Shown in pieces: positions 8,540 through 17,204 of a DNA stretch of 64,000 nucleotides. Source of the DNA: Candidatus Sericytochromatia bacterium. Its GTDB lineage: Bacteria > Cyanobacteriota > Sericytochromatia > S15B-MN24 > UBA4093. The stretch covers positions 148,845 through 212,844 of the forward strand of contig JAKFBU010000039.1 in assembly GCA_036676985.1 (NCBI GenBank). Direction: 5' to 3'. Numbering within the stretch: position 1 is the first letter of the stretch; every line of letters begins with the position of its first letter. Under the pieces are notes generated by a model. That model searched no databases. It was given only the letters and a program-made list of their open reading frames with translations, and was not told the DNA's origin. The position numbers were made by a program, and so were the translations under genes.

Positions 8540-10744
8540 TCAGTTGCCGCCCTGGACCGCGGAGGCCGAGACCTTGAGCTTCAGCTCGGCCAGGAGGCGC
8601 AGGCGCAGCTCGTCCGTGCTGCGCAGGCTGACGGCCTGGCCGTTGGTTCCCGGCGACGTGAGGCGGAGGCCCACGTACTTCGCGTCCTTGAAGAAGGCCA
8701 TCTCGGTGGCCGTGAGCTCGATCTGGGACGTCTGGGTCGACGTCCCGTCACCCAGGGCAAGGGACTTGGTCACGGGCGCCGGATCCGAGAAGGGGTCGTC
8801 GGTCTGGGTGAAGAGCAGGTTGAGGACCAACGGCAGGTGCAGGCCGTTGTCGATCAAGGCGGTAATGACGAAGCGGCTCACCAGCCCCTGGGCGAGGCGC
8901 TCCTTGGTGGAGGCGTCCAGGTTGAGGGGCGAGGCCGGCTTGAGGTCGTAGGGCTTGACGGCCTGGTCCAGTCCCATGGCAGGGAAGATGACGCTCAGGG
9001 GGACCGAGACCGCCACCTGGCCCGACAGCTCGTCGTACCGCGTCAACGTCACGAGCGACGTGCCCGAGTTGATGGTCACGTTGCCGCCGAACTGCAGCTC
9101 CTTGGCTCCGGCGTTGAGGATCGAGATCAGGTTGGAGTTCGTCTCGTTGATGTCGATGATCGACGTCCGGACGTCGCCGATCGCCGCGGCGGGCTCCATC
9201 ACGGCGTTGCCCGTGTAGGTCAGCGGCATGGTCGAATCGTCGGCGAGCACGGCGCGGGCATCGAGGGCGAGCACTCCCGGCAGCTGGCTCTTGTTGTTGA
9301 TCTTCAGCTGGATGCTCACCCGCGCGAAGCCGATGCCCAGGTCCTTGAATTCCTTGGGAAGGCTGATGGGGGTCGAAGAGCTGCTGATGGGCACCGTCCG
9401 GTTGAGGGTGGCGGACAGGCTCTCGAAGGCGAGGGCCTGCACCGTCGCGCTGCCGGAGAGGGATTGCCCCGCCTGGTAGACGGCCATGCCGCCCGCCAGG
9501 ACGAGGTTGGCCGGGATCTCGGGGGACACGGCCTCGGTATCGTAGGACTGGCCCGATATGGTGACGCCGACGTGTGTCCCGACGATGGTGGCACCCGCCA
9601 GATCCAGGTCGACCTCCTTGACGGCGGGAGTCAGGCCGCCCGCCGGGATGACGATCGACCGGATGTAGGGATCGCCGTCCGCCTCCTTGATCCCGCTGAG
9701 CGTGACGGTCATGGCGGCGTTGACGCCGAAGCCGTTCTCCAGGTGCAGGCGGATGGACCCGCTCGCGATCTGGATGTTGGAGATCGAGCCGATGCCGAGA
9801 TCGGATGGCATGGGGAGGTCGAGGCCATCGGACACGGTCGGGAAGGCCTTGGCCGGCAGCGAAATGGCCTTGATCTTGATGTCCAGGTCGAGATCGATGG
9901 AGATCTGCTGGGAGCCGTCCAGGGACTTGACGTTGAACCCCACGGGCAGCTGTCCCTTGGTCTTGAACGAGATGGTCAAGGAGCCCGCGATGACGACGTC
10001 CGGATCGAGGTCGATGGCGACGGTGCCCGACGTGAGCGGGATCGCGGGGTGCGCGTCGAGCCACGTCTGGTTGAGGACCGTTCCACCGCTCTTGACGACG
10101 AGGTTCTCGATCTCCATGCCCAGGGAGGCCTGATCGGCCGTACCGGCCCCCGCGACCTGGTTGACGATGTCCAGCGTGATCTGAGAGCCCGCGTCCAACT
10201 TGGCCTTGCGCAGGTCCGAGAGGCTCGTCGTCTTGCTCTGGGTCTGAGAGGGGAAGGGAACGCTCGCCGGCATGAGGATGGGAGTGATGGGGCTGTCGAT
10301 TGCGTCCTGCACCGTCCCGAAGGGAGGGACCGACAGGCTCGTGATCCCCAGGTCGTCTAGCGACAACCTGGGACCCGAGAGCGACTGCGCCAGAGGCGGA
10401 TCCGGCAGCGTCTGGGCCGGAAAGGTGATGGGATCCTGGGCATCGACCTTGAGGTTGTCGCCCACCTTGATGGTCGGGATCTCCTGGGCATCGGGCTCGA
10501 GCGCATAGGTCTGGTCGGCTCCGACGACAATCGGGACCGAGCCGCCCGACTCGAGGAGCTTCGAGACGGGCAGGGAAGCCTCGCCGAGTCCCGCCTTGAG
10601 ATCCACCGGCCACGACGGCAGGGCGTTCACCGGGTTGCCCGAGGCCAGTCGGCTGGCCGTCTGGAACAGCTCGAAGCCGCAGCCCGTCAGGAGGAGGCTC
10701 GCGGCCACCAGCAGGGTGAAGAGTCGGATGAGGGGTCGCCGCAC
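8540..10744 (-). CDS. Large beta-rich hypothetical lipoprotein
   Basis: Lipobox LTGC; 734 aa, alternating beta-strand pattern; no recognised catalytic motif. Confidence 0.75.
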   Translation of the reverse strand: MRRPLIRLFTLLVAASLLLTGCGFELFQTASRLASGNPVNALPSWPVDLKAGLGEASLPVSKLLESGGSVPIVVGADQTYALEPDAQEIPTIKVGDNLKVDAQDPITFPAQTLPDPPLAQSLSGPRLSLDDLGITSLSVPPFGTVQDAIDSPITPILMPASVPFPSQTQSKTTSLSDLRKAKLDAGSQITLDIVNQVAGAGTADQASLGMEIENLVVKSGGTVLNQTWLDAHPAIPLTSGTVAIDLDPDVVIAGSLTISFKTKGQLPVGFNVKSLDGSQQISIDLDLDIKIKAISLPAKAFPTVSDGLDLPMPSDLGIGSISNIQIASGSIRLHLENGFGVNAAMTVTLSGIKEADGDPYIRSIVIPAGGLTPAVKEVDLDLAGATIVGTHVGVTISGQSYDTEAVSPEIPANLVLAGGMAVYQAGQSLSGSATVQALAFESLSATLNRTVPISSSSTPISLPKEFKDLGIGFARVSIQLKINNKSQLPGVLALDARAVLADDSTMPLTYTGNAVMEPAAAIGDVRTSIIDINETNSNLISILNAGAKELQFGGNVTINSGTSLVTLTRYDELSGQVAVSVPLSVIFPAMGLDQAVKPYDLKPASPLNLDASTKERLAQGLVSRFVITALIDNGLHLPLVLNLLFTQTDDPFSDPAPVTKSLALGDGTSTQTSQIELTATEMAFFKDAKYVGLRLTSPGTNGQAVSLRSTDELRLRLLAELKLKVSASAVQGGN

Positions 10745-10834
10745 GATGTCCTCGCTCGGTTTCGAAACGATTGCCAGTTCCTGACATCTCGATTATTCCC
10801 GGCGCCGGGCCGCTTCATCCGTGCCCACGGATAC

Positions 10835-10866
10835 AAAAAGCCCCCCGGGCGCCGGCCCGGGGGGCG
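10835..10866 (-). terminator. Intrinsic terminator of operon 2
   Basis: GCCCCCCGGGC...GCCCGGGGGGC hairpin followed by a T-tract on the minus strand. Confidence 0.75.
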
Positions 10867-10882
10867 ATGGATCGTGTCGTGC

Positions 10883-12280
10883 CTACTGCTTGACGAACGT
10901 GCTGCTGACCGTGCTCCTCAGGAACTTGGTCGTGATCACGATCTTCTTGCGGTCCGCGCTGACCTGACCCGTCGACGTGATGCCGAGCTTGTTGGTCACG
11001 GACCAGCTGGGAGAGTACTTGACGGTCCAGTCGTGGTCGAAGGAGCCGAACTGGGACTTGAGCACCATGTGCACCTTGATGTTGTCCGAGCTTCCGGCCC
11101 GCTGAATGGTGAAGTAGCTCTCGCTCCCGCCCGCCAGACGCCAGGTGCCGACCACGGCGTCGATCGGGTCCGCGGCCGCCGTGTTCGCAGCCGCCGCCGT
11201 GTTCGCAGCCGCCGCCGTGTTCGCAGCCGCCGCCGTGTTCGCAGCCGCCGCCGTGTTCGCAGCCGCCGCCTGAGCGGCCGAGTTGCCTCCGACGCTGTTG
11301 CCTCCGATGGCGGGGGCCGGCGTGGGCTCTTTATCCTTGTCCTTGCCCACATTCGGATCCGTGATGGATCCGCCGGCCTTGTCGTCGGCCTTCTTGGCGG
11401 TCGAAGCGACCGCGTTGTCAGCCTTGAAGGCCACGCGCTTCTGGGAGCCCGACAGGGCGGTCTTGCTGTTGCCCGAGCCGGTATCCGAGAGGAACGTCGA
11501 GTTCTTGGTCCCCTGCGCCTTGTCCGACTCGGCGACCTTGCCCGCGAGCAGGTCGACCACGTACTGCTGGTAGGTGGTCTGAGTCGTGTCGTCGACGCCG
11601 GTCGAGACGAGCTTGTCCAGGGCGGGGACGATGTCGCCCCGCACCCAGGCAGTCGCCTTCTCCTCGCGCTTGGTGTAGGAGTGGGTGTCCACCACCTCCT
11701 GCCCCAAGGCCGTCTTGACGAGCTTGTTGACGCGGTAGGTGTTGTCGTAGGTGTCCACCGTCCGCGTCTCGTAGCCGAAGCGATCGACGATCCGGTACGG
11801 CGTGTGGACGTTTCGGTAGATCGGCACGTCGTAGCGGCGGATGGTCGCGGTCTGCGACGTAAGGCGCCACTTCTTAGTGTCGGTCTCGCGGACCTCGGGG
11901 TCGTAGCTGGGCTCGCCCGAGAGCTTCTGACGGCCGCCCGAGTAGGTCTGCTGCTCGCTGCGGCTGCTCACGAACGTGCTCGAGATCAGCTGGTCGCTGC
12001 TCGACTCGGGACCGTCCGGGATGAAGTCCTTGACGTTGTCCGTGCTGACCAGCAGCCATTCCCCGCTCGCAGGGTTCTGACTGCTGATCGTGGCAGCGGT
12101 GGCGGCATCGGCCGCGTCCGCCCCCGCGGGGGGCGTGCTGCCGGGCAGGAAGTAGCGCACCGTGTCGCTGCCAATCAGCGTCCAACCGGCCGGTGCGTCT
12201 CCTTGCGCCGCATAGGCGTTGGTCCCCATACTGGCGACCAAGGCAGCGACGAGTAGCGCTGCGGTTCTCAACCGTTTCAT
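10883..12280 (-). CDS. Secreted hypothetical protein, 'family B' paralog 2
   Basis: Start MKRLRT after AAGGAGG RBS; signal peptide; core nearly identical to 14105; AAAANT-repeat linker. Confidence 0.8.
   Translation of the reverse strand: MKRLRTAALLVAALVASMGTNAYAAQGDAPAGWTLIGSDTVRYFLPGSTPPAGADAADAATAATISSQNPASGEWLLVSTDNVKDFIPDGPESSSDQLISSTFVSSRSEQQTYSGGRQKLSGEPSYDPEVRETDTKKWRLTSQTATIRRYDVPIYRNVHTPYRIVDRFGYETRTVDTYDNTYRVNKLVKTALGQEVVDTHSYTKREEKATAWVRGDIVPALDKLVSTGVDDTTQTTYQQYVVDLLAGKVAESDKAQGTKNSTFLSDTGSGNSKTALSGSQKRVAFKADNAVASTAKKADDKAGGSITDPNVGKDKDKEPTPAPAIGGNSVGGNSAAQAAAANTAAAANTAAAANTAAAANTAAAANTAAADPIDAVVGTWRLAGGSESYFTIQRAGSSDNIKVHMVLKSQFGSFDHDWTVKYSPSWSVTNKLGITSTGQVSADRKKIVITTKFLRSTVSSTFVKQ
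11172..11270. repeat. 18-bp tandem repeat (~5 copies) encoding AAAANT linker
   Basis: Unit GCCGCCGCCGTGTTCGCA repeated directly. Confidence 0.9.
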
Positions 12281-12303
12281 GGGATCCTCCTTCGTCCGCG
12301 TTG

Positions 12304-13887
12304 CTACTTGGCCTGGGTTTCGGGGTTCTCGGCGAACCACACGTCCTCGGTCATGTGGCGCTTCCCGTTCTGGACGAAGTAGGACTGGATCACGTACTCG
12401 CCATGCTGGTTCTTGAGAATGCTCGGCTTGGATCCGAGCTCGGTGATGCCGAGGGATGCCAGGGTGTAGAGCTCCTTGGGCTGGACCGTCGCGTCACGGT
12501 TGCTGTCGACCCAGACCTTGAGCGAGTCGAGCGTCTTGCCCTTGAGCGCCGCGTTCTTGTTGTAGAGCTTCGACCACGTGACGTTGTCGTTCATCTTCAG
12601 GACCGACGCCAGGTTGATCTGGGTAGCCTTGTAGGCGAGCTTGTGGTAGCCGTTGGCATAGCCGATGGCGTCACCGAAGAGCGCGTGGGCGCTGATCATG
12701 CCGTCGCCAGCCGCGGCCTTGGAGACCCGGCCGTTGGTGTCGTCCACCAGGAAGCCGTCGCCGTCGGCATTGAGCCACTCGATGTTGCGCTTCTTGCCCT
12801 CGGCCGTGATGTCGAACCACACGGCGCCGTTGGCGACGAACTTGTTCTCCTTGAGGCGCTTCTGGGCGGTCGAGGTGCCGGTCACGCCGATCTTGCCGTC
12901 GTGGTTGAGGTCCAGGGCGACGGGCGAGTGGGTGGTCCAGCTCGAGGCGACCATCCAGCGTGAGATCTCACGCAGGCGAGCCGCCGTCGGCTGGGACTCG
13001 ATGACGTGCACCGGACCGTTGACGGTGTCGACCCAGGTGTCGATCTTGAGACCCACCGGGTTGATGCCCTTGTCGACGAGGTCCGCAAGCATGGTGTACC
13101 GGCCGGCCTGAGCCAGCGAGTCCACGATGCCCACGCCCGCCAGCTTCTTGAAGGCCGTTGGGTTGTTCAGCAGGAGGTTCTGGACCGAGCCGTTGGCGTA
13201 CTGGGAATAGGTCGCCGCGTCGTACTCGGCGCTGTTGATGTAGTTGACGCCGTGCGAGTAGGACAGCGAGTGGGCGCCGTCGGACATGGTGTAGATGTAC
13301 TCACCGCCGTTGTAGCTGGTGGCCATGTTGCCGCCGATGTTGTTCTGGAAGGCCTTGACGATGCCGCCGTTGAGCGCGGTGGGACCGATCAGGTCGACCA
13401 GCTGCTGGGTGTTGTCCGCCGCCATGAGCTTGCCGGCGAGTGCGACGTCGGCCGCGGAGGCCTTGGTGGCCGTCAGCGAGCCGGACGTGAGGTCGGCCTT
13501 GATGCGAGCCAGCGTGGTGTTGAAGTTGAAGTCGTGGTAGGCCGCGCCGTCGTAGTTGGCGCTGGTGGCCCGGGGGATGCCGTAGCGGCTGTAGACCGCA
13601 GCCAGCTCCGACTCGTTGAGCGCGCGGTTGAGGCCCAGGATCTGGGCGAAGGCCTCCTGGATGGTGGCATCGTAGCGACCGATCGGGTTGGCGATGAACA
13701 TCTGGTTGCGCACGAAGCGCTTGCGGGCGAACTCCACCCAGTAACCCGGCTTGCCGTTGTTGGTGCCGCGGGTGTAGGTCTTATCCGACTCGATGACCAT
13801 CTCTTCGGCCTGGGCGGGGGTGAGGATACCAGCGGTGGAAGCGATTACCAGCGACAGGGCGAGGAAGGCGATTTTCCTGTTTAGCAT
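12304..13887 (-). CDS. Secreted protein with C-terminal SPM-like domain, 'family A'
   Basis: Start MLNRKIA after GAGGAG; signal AQA-EE; HSPVALDLNHDG...EDVWFA; C-terminal half nearly identical to 17205. Confidence 0.8.
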   Translation of the reverse strand: MLNRKIAFLALSLVIASTAGILTPAQAEEMVIESDKTYTRGTNNGKPGYWVEFARKRFVRNQMFIANPIGRYDATIQEAFAQILGLNRALNESELAAVYSRYGIPRATSANYDGAAYHDFNFNTTLARIKADLTSGSLTATKASAADVALAGKLMAADNTQQLVDLIGPTALNGGIVKAFQNNIGGNMATSYNGGEYIYTMSDGAHSLSYSHGVNYINSAEYDAATYSQYANGSVQNLLLNNPTAFKKLAGVGIVDSLAQAGRYTMLADLVDKGINPVGLKIDTWVDTVNGPVHVIESQPTAARLREISRWMVASSWTTHSPVALDLNHDGKIGVTGTSTAQKRLKENKFVANGAVWFDITAEGKKRNIEWLNADGDGFLVDDTNGRVSKAAAGDGMISAHALFGDAIGYANGYHKLAYKATQINLASVLKMNDNVTWSKLYNKNAALKGKTLDSLKVWVDSNRDATVQPKELYTLASLGITELGSKPSILKNQHGEYVIQSYFVQNGKRHMTEDVWFAENPETQAK

Positions 13888-13934
13888 AGCGACTCCTCTC
13901 AAAGCCATAAGCGTGTTGGCAGTAGTTATTCCTC

Positions 13935-13991
13935 TTATACGCCGCGATCCGGCTCACCTTCGTTAAATCGATGAAAGGCGTGTTATTTTTT
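13935..13991 (-). promoter_or_regulatory. Conserved promoter/operator upstream of operon 2
   Basis: TTATACGCCGCGATCCGGCTCACCTTCGTTAAATCGATGAAAGGCGTGTTATTTTTT, near-identical to 18811-18867; minus-strand TATAA -10-like box. Confidence 0.65.
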
Positions 13992-14050
13992 GATTTGCTC
14001 CCCGCGAATTTCTTGATCCCGGCCCTGCGGCCGCGGAGGCCGAAAACGAT

Positions 14051-14080
14051 CAGCCCCGCGGCCCTGTGGCCGCGGGGCTG
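14051..14080 (-). terminator. Intrinsic terminator of operon 3
   Basis: CAGCCCCGCGGCC-ctgt-GGCCGCGGGGCTG hairpin. Confidence 0.7.
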
Positions 14081-14104
14081 GGGTTGGCGCCGGATCGATC
14101 CCGC

Positions 14105-15634
14105 CTAGCGGGCGATCCAGTTGTTGATCGAGACGGAGGCCTTCCCCTTGGCGATCGAGCCGTTGAGCAGCCACTGGCCGTTGGCATAGGACAGCTTCAG
14201 AGTGCACTCGTTGTCGCCGCTGCTATCCACGTACGACGCCTTGTCCGTCGAGAGCTTACCCTCATACCAACCCGACGACGTGATCTTCTTGGGCACGTTC
14301 ACCGTGATGGTGAGTTTCTTGCCGTTGTTCACCGAGAAGTCCAGGTACTCGGCGGCATTGGCAGGGTTGTAGAACTTGCGGTCCCAATCCGTGGCCTTGA
14401 CGTTGACCTTGGCCGCAGCGAGGGTCGCTGCGACGGCCTTCTTGGATTCCTCGGCAGCCTTCTTGGCAGCCTCCTCGGCAGCCTTGGCAGCTTCCTCGGC
14501 GGCCTTCTTGGCGGCCGCGTCCGCAGCCTTGGCAGCCTCTTCGGCAGCCCTCGCCGCGACCTTGGCGGCCTCGTCAGCAGCCTTCTTGGCGGCGTCCTCG
14601 GCCTTCTTGGCTGCCTCGGCCTTCCGGGTGGCTTCCTCCTTGCCCACGGTCGGATCCTTGATGGAACCCTTGTCCTCGGCCTTCTTGGCGACCGAGGCGA
14701 CCGCCTGGTCGGCCTTGAAGGTCACGCGCTTCTGGGAGCCCGACAGGGCGGTCTTGCTGTTGCCCGAGCCGCTGTCAGACATGAAGGTCGAGGCCTTGGT
14801 GCTCTGGGCCTTGTCCGACTCGGCGACCTTGCCGGCGAGCAGGTCGACCACGTACTGCTGGTAGGTGGTCTGCGTCGTGTCGTCGACGCCGGTCGAGACG
14901 AGCTTGTCCAGAGAGGGGACGATGTCGCCCCGCACCCAGGCCGTCGGCTTGTCCTCGCGCTTGGAGTAGGTGTGGGTGTCCACCACCTCCTGGCCCAGGG
15001 CCGTCTTGACGGTCTTGCTGGCCCGGTAGGTGTTGTCGTAGGTGTCCACCCGGCGCGTCTCGTAGCCGAAGCGATCGACGATCCGGTACGGCGTGTGGAC
15101 GTTCCGGTAGAGGGGCACGTCGTAGCGACGGACGGTCGCGGTCTGCGAGGTCAGGCGCCACTTCTTGGTGTCCGTCTCGCGGACCTCGGGGTCGTAGCTG
15201 GGCTCGCCCGAGAGCTTCTGACGGCCGCCCGAGTAGGTCTGCTGCTCGTTGCGGCTGCTCACGAACGTGCTCGCGACCAGCTGGTCGCTGCCCGACTCGG
15301 GACCGTCCGGGATGAAGTCCTTGACGTTCTCCGTGCCCGCCAGGAGCCATTCGTTGCTCGCCGGGTCCTGGCTCGTGATGCTCGGGGCCCGCGCGGCATC
15401 CGCCAGGTCGGCACCCGCCGGGGGCGTGCTGCCGGGCACGAAGTAGCGAACGGTGTCGCTGCCCACCAGGGTCCACCCGGCCCCCGGGTTGGCGGGATCC
15501 GCGACGAAGTACTTGCGGGGGTTGGTCTCCACCAGCTCCCAGTTGGCGCCGGGGCTCTGGGCCAGGGCCGGCGACACGAGGATCGAGACGCTCAGTAGCG
15601 ATGCGGCGAGGCCGCAAAGAAGCTTGCTTTTCAT
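14105..15634 (-). CDS. Secreted hypothetical protein, 'family B' paralog 3, with AAKKAAEE helical linker
   Basis: Signal ALA-Q; shared core with 10883; TolA-like Ala/Lys/Glu linker; distinct C-terminal domain. Confidence 0.8.
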   Translation of the reverse strand: MKSKLLCGLAASLLSVSILVSPALAQSPGANWELVETNPRKYFVADPANPGAGWTLVGSDTVRYFVPGSTPPAGADLADAARAPSITSQDPASNEWLLAGTENVKDFIPDGPESGSDQLVASTFVSSRNEQQTYSGGRQKLSGEPSYDPEVRETDTKKWRLTSQTATVRRYDVPLYRNVHTPYRIVDRFGYETRRVDTYDNTYRASKTVKTALGQEVVDTHTYSKREDKPTAWVRGDIVPSLDKLVSTGVDDTTQTTYQQYVVDLLAGKVAESDKAQSTKASTFMSDSGSGNSKTALSGSQKRVTFKADQAVASVAKKAEDKGSIKDPTVGKEEATRKAEAAKKAEDAAKKAADEAAKVAARAAEEAAKAADAAAKKAAEEAAKAAEEAAKKAAEESKKAVAATLAAAKVNVKATDWDRKFYNPANAAEYLDFSVNNGKKLTITVNVPKKITSSGWYEGKLSTDKASYVDSSGDNECTLKLSYANGQWLLNGSIAKGKASVSINNWIAR

Positions 15635-15643
15635 GTTGGCCTC

Positions 15644-17119
15644 CTACATCTTCTCTGCCGGGTCGATGGCGAACCACACGTCCTCAGCCAGCTTGCGCTT
15701 GCCGTTCTCGACGTAGGTGGACTGGATGAGCACCTCGCCCACCGCGTTGTTCACCTTCTTCGGGAAGACCTCGACCTCGGTGATGCCGAGGCTCTCGAGC
15801 GTGCGCAGCTCGCCGGGCTGGACCTTGGCATCCCGGTTGCCGTCCACCCAGGCCTTGAGGCCGGTGAGGGCCTGACCCCGGAGGGCCGTCATGTACTTGA
15901 AGTCCTTGCTGTCGGCCGACGCGAGGCGGTTGTACTCCGTCAGGATCAAGGCGAGCTTGATGTAGCCGTTGTCGAAGCCGCCGGCGGTCCCGAACAGCTG
16001 CTTGCCGCTGATGACGCCGTCCGAGTTGGCGGCCTTGGTGACCTCGCCCTTGCGATCGTCCACCAGGAGGGCGTCATTCTCGCCGTTCATCCATTCGACG
16101 CGGATGGGCTTGTCGATGCCCAAGAGGTCGAACTTGACCGAGCCGGCGGTCGTGAAGCCGTGGTCGGCGTGGCGCACTTGGGCCGTGGAGCGGCCGGTGA
16201 CGCCGATGCGGCTGTTGCCCGACAGGTCGAGGGCGATGGGCGAGCCCGTCTCGGCGGCGGACTTGTAGATGAGGCGCGCGGCCTCCTTGAGCTCGGCGGC
16301 AGTGGCCGTCCGGACGTCGATCTCGAGGCCGTAGCCCCAGTACTCGGCGTACCAGCGGTAGACGTCCGCCTCGGTGGTCCCCAGGCTGTAGATGTGGCTC
16401 CAGCTACCGTTGTGGTGGTTCTCGCCGTAGGCGTTGGTGGCGTTGAGCGGGTGGTAGTAAGGCGTCGTGTTGTCGAAGCCGTTGCCCGCGTAGTGGGTGA
16501 AGATGCCCTTGATGTCGAACTTGCCGCTCGGCAGGACGCCGCTCTCGACGAGCTCGGCCAGCCGCAGGAGGCGGGTGCTCTGGCCGATGATGGACATGCC
16601 GTCGCCGCCGCCGAACCAGTAGGAGCTGCCGGCCATGCTGGCCTTGGTCGCGTTGGCCGCCAGGCCGTCGATCCAGCCGCCCGAGTTGCCGAACGCCGCC
16701 CGCAGCTTGGCCAGGTTGAAGTCGCGCGAGTGCCACTCGGCGACCGGGTTGGTGTTGTAGGCGATGAGGCCCTTGGCCTCGGTGAGCTGAGCCTTGAGCT
16801 GAGCGATCGTCAGCGTTCCGTTGTCCAGTTTGGCGCGAATACCAGCGAGATCGTTGGCCGTGAAGTCGACGCCCAGGATTTCCTTGTAGGCGTCGAGGGC
16901 CTTTTGCACCGGCGGTGCGTAGCGATAGACGTACTCCGTGTACTCGACCCAGGTGCCGGGGACGCCGCCGTTGGTGCCGGGGGTCCGCTTCTCCTGACCG
17001 AGCACGCTCTTGCGTTCTCCGAGCTGCTGGGCCATCGAGGCGACGGGCGCCAGGACCACAGCGGCGGTAATGCCCAGCGTCACGGCCCGGGCCAGCCAGT
17101 TCATCTTGTTCATGACCAC
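15644..17119 (-). CDS. Secreted protein with C-terminal SPM-like domain, 'family A'
   Basis: Signal peptide; GSPIALDLSGNS...LKAWVDGNRDA...EDVWFA; start may be 17113. Confidence 0.8.
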   Translation of the reverse strand: MVMNKMNWLARAVTLGITAAVVLAPVASMAQQLGERKSVLGQEKRTPGTNGGVPGTWVEYTEYVYRYAPPVQKALDAYKEILGVDFTANDLAGIRAKLDNGTLTIAQLKAQLTEAKGLIAYNTNPVAEWHSRDFNLAKLRAAFGNSGGWIDGLAANATKASMAGSSYWFGGGDGMSIIGQSTRLLRLAELVESGVLPSGKFDIKGIFTHYAGNGFDNTTPYYHPLNATNAYGENHHNGSWSHIYSLGTTEADVYRWYAEYWGYGLEIDVRTATAAELKEAARLIYKSAAETGSPIALDLSGNSRIGVTGRSTAQVRHADHGFTTAGSVKFDLLGIDKPIRVEWMNGENDALLVDDRKGEVTKAANSDGVISGKQLFGTAGGFDNGYIKLALILTEYNRLASADSKDFKYMTALRGQALTGLKAWVDGNRDAKVQPGELRTLESLGITEVEVFPKKVNNAVGEVLIQSTYVENGKRKLAEDVWFAIDPAEKM

Positions 17120-17204
17120 TCCTTCTTCAAGCAGGTTGGCTGCTGCTCATCCGGGTAGCGGTGCCGGGGCGGCGCGCTCGCCGCCCAGACACCAACCGTT
17201 GCCG

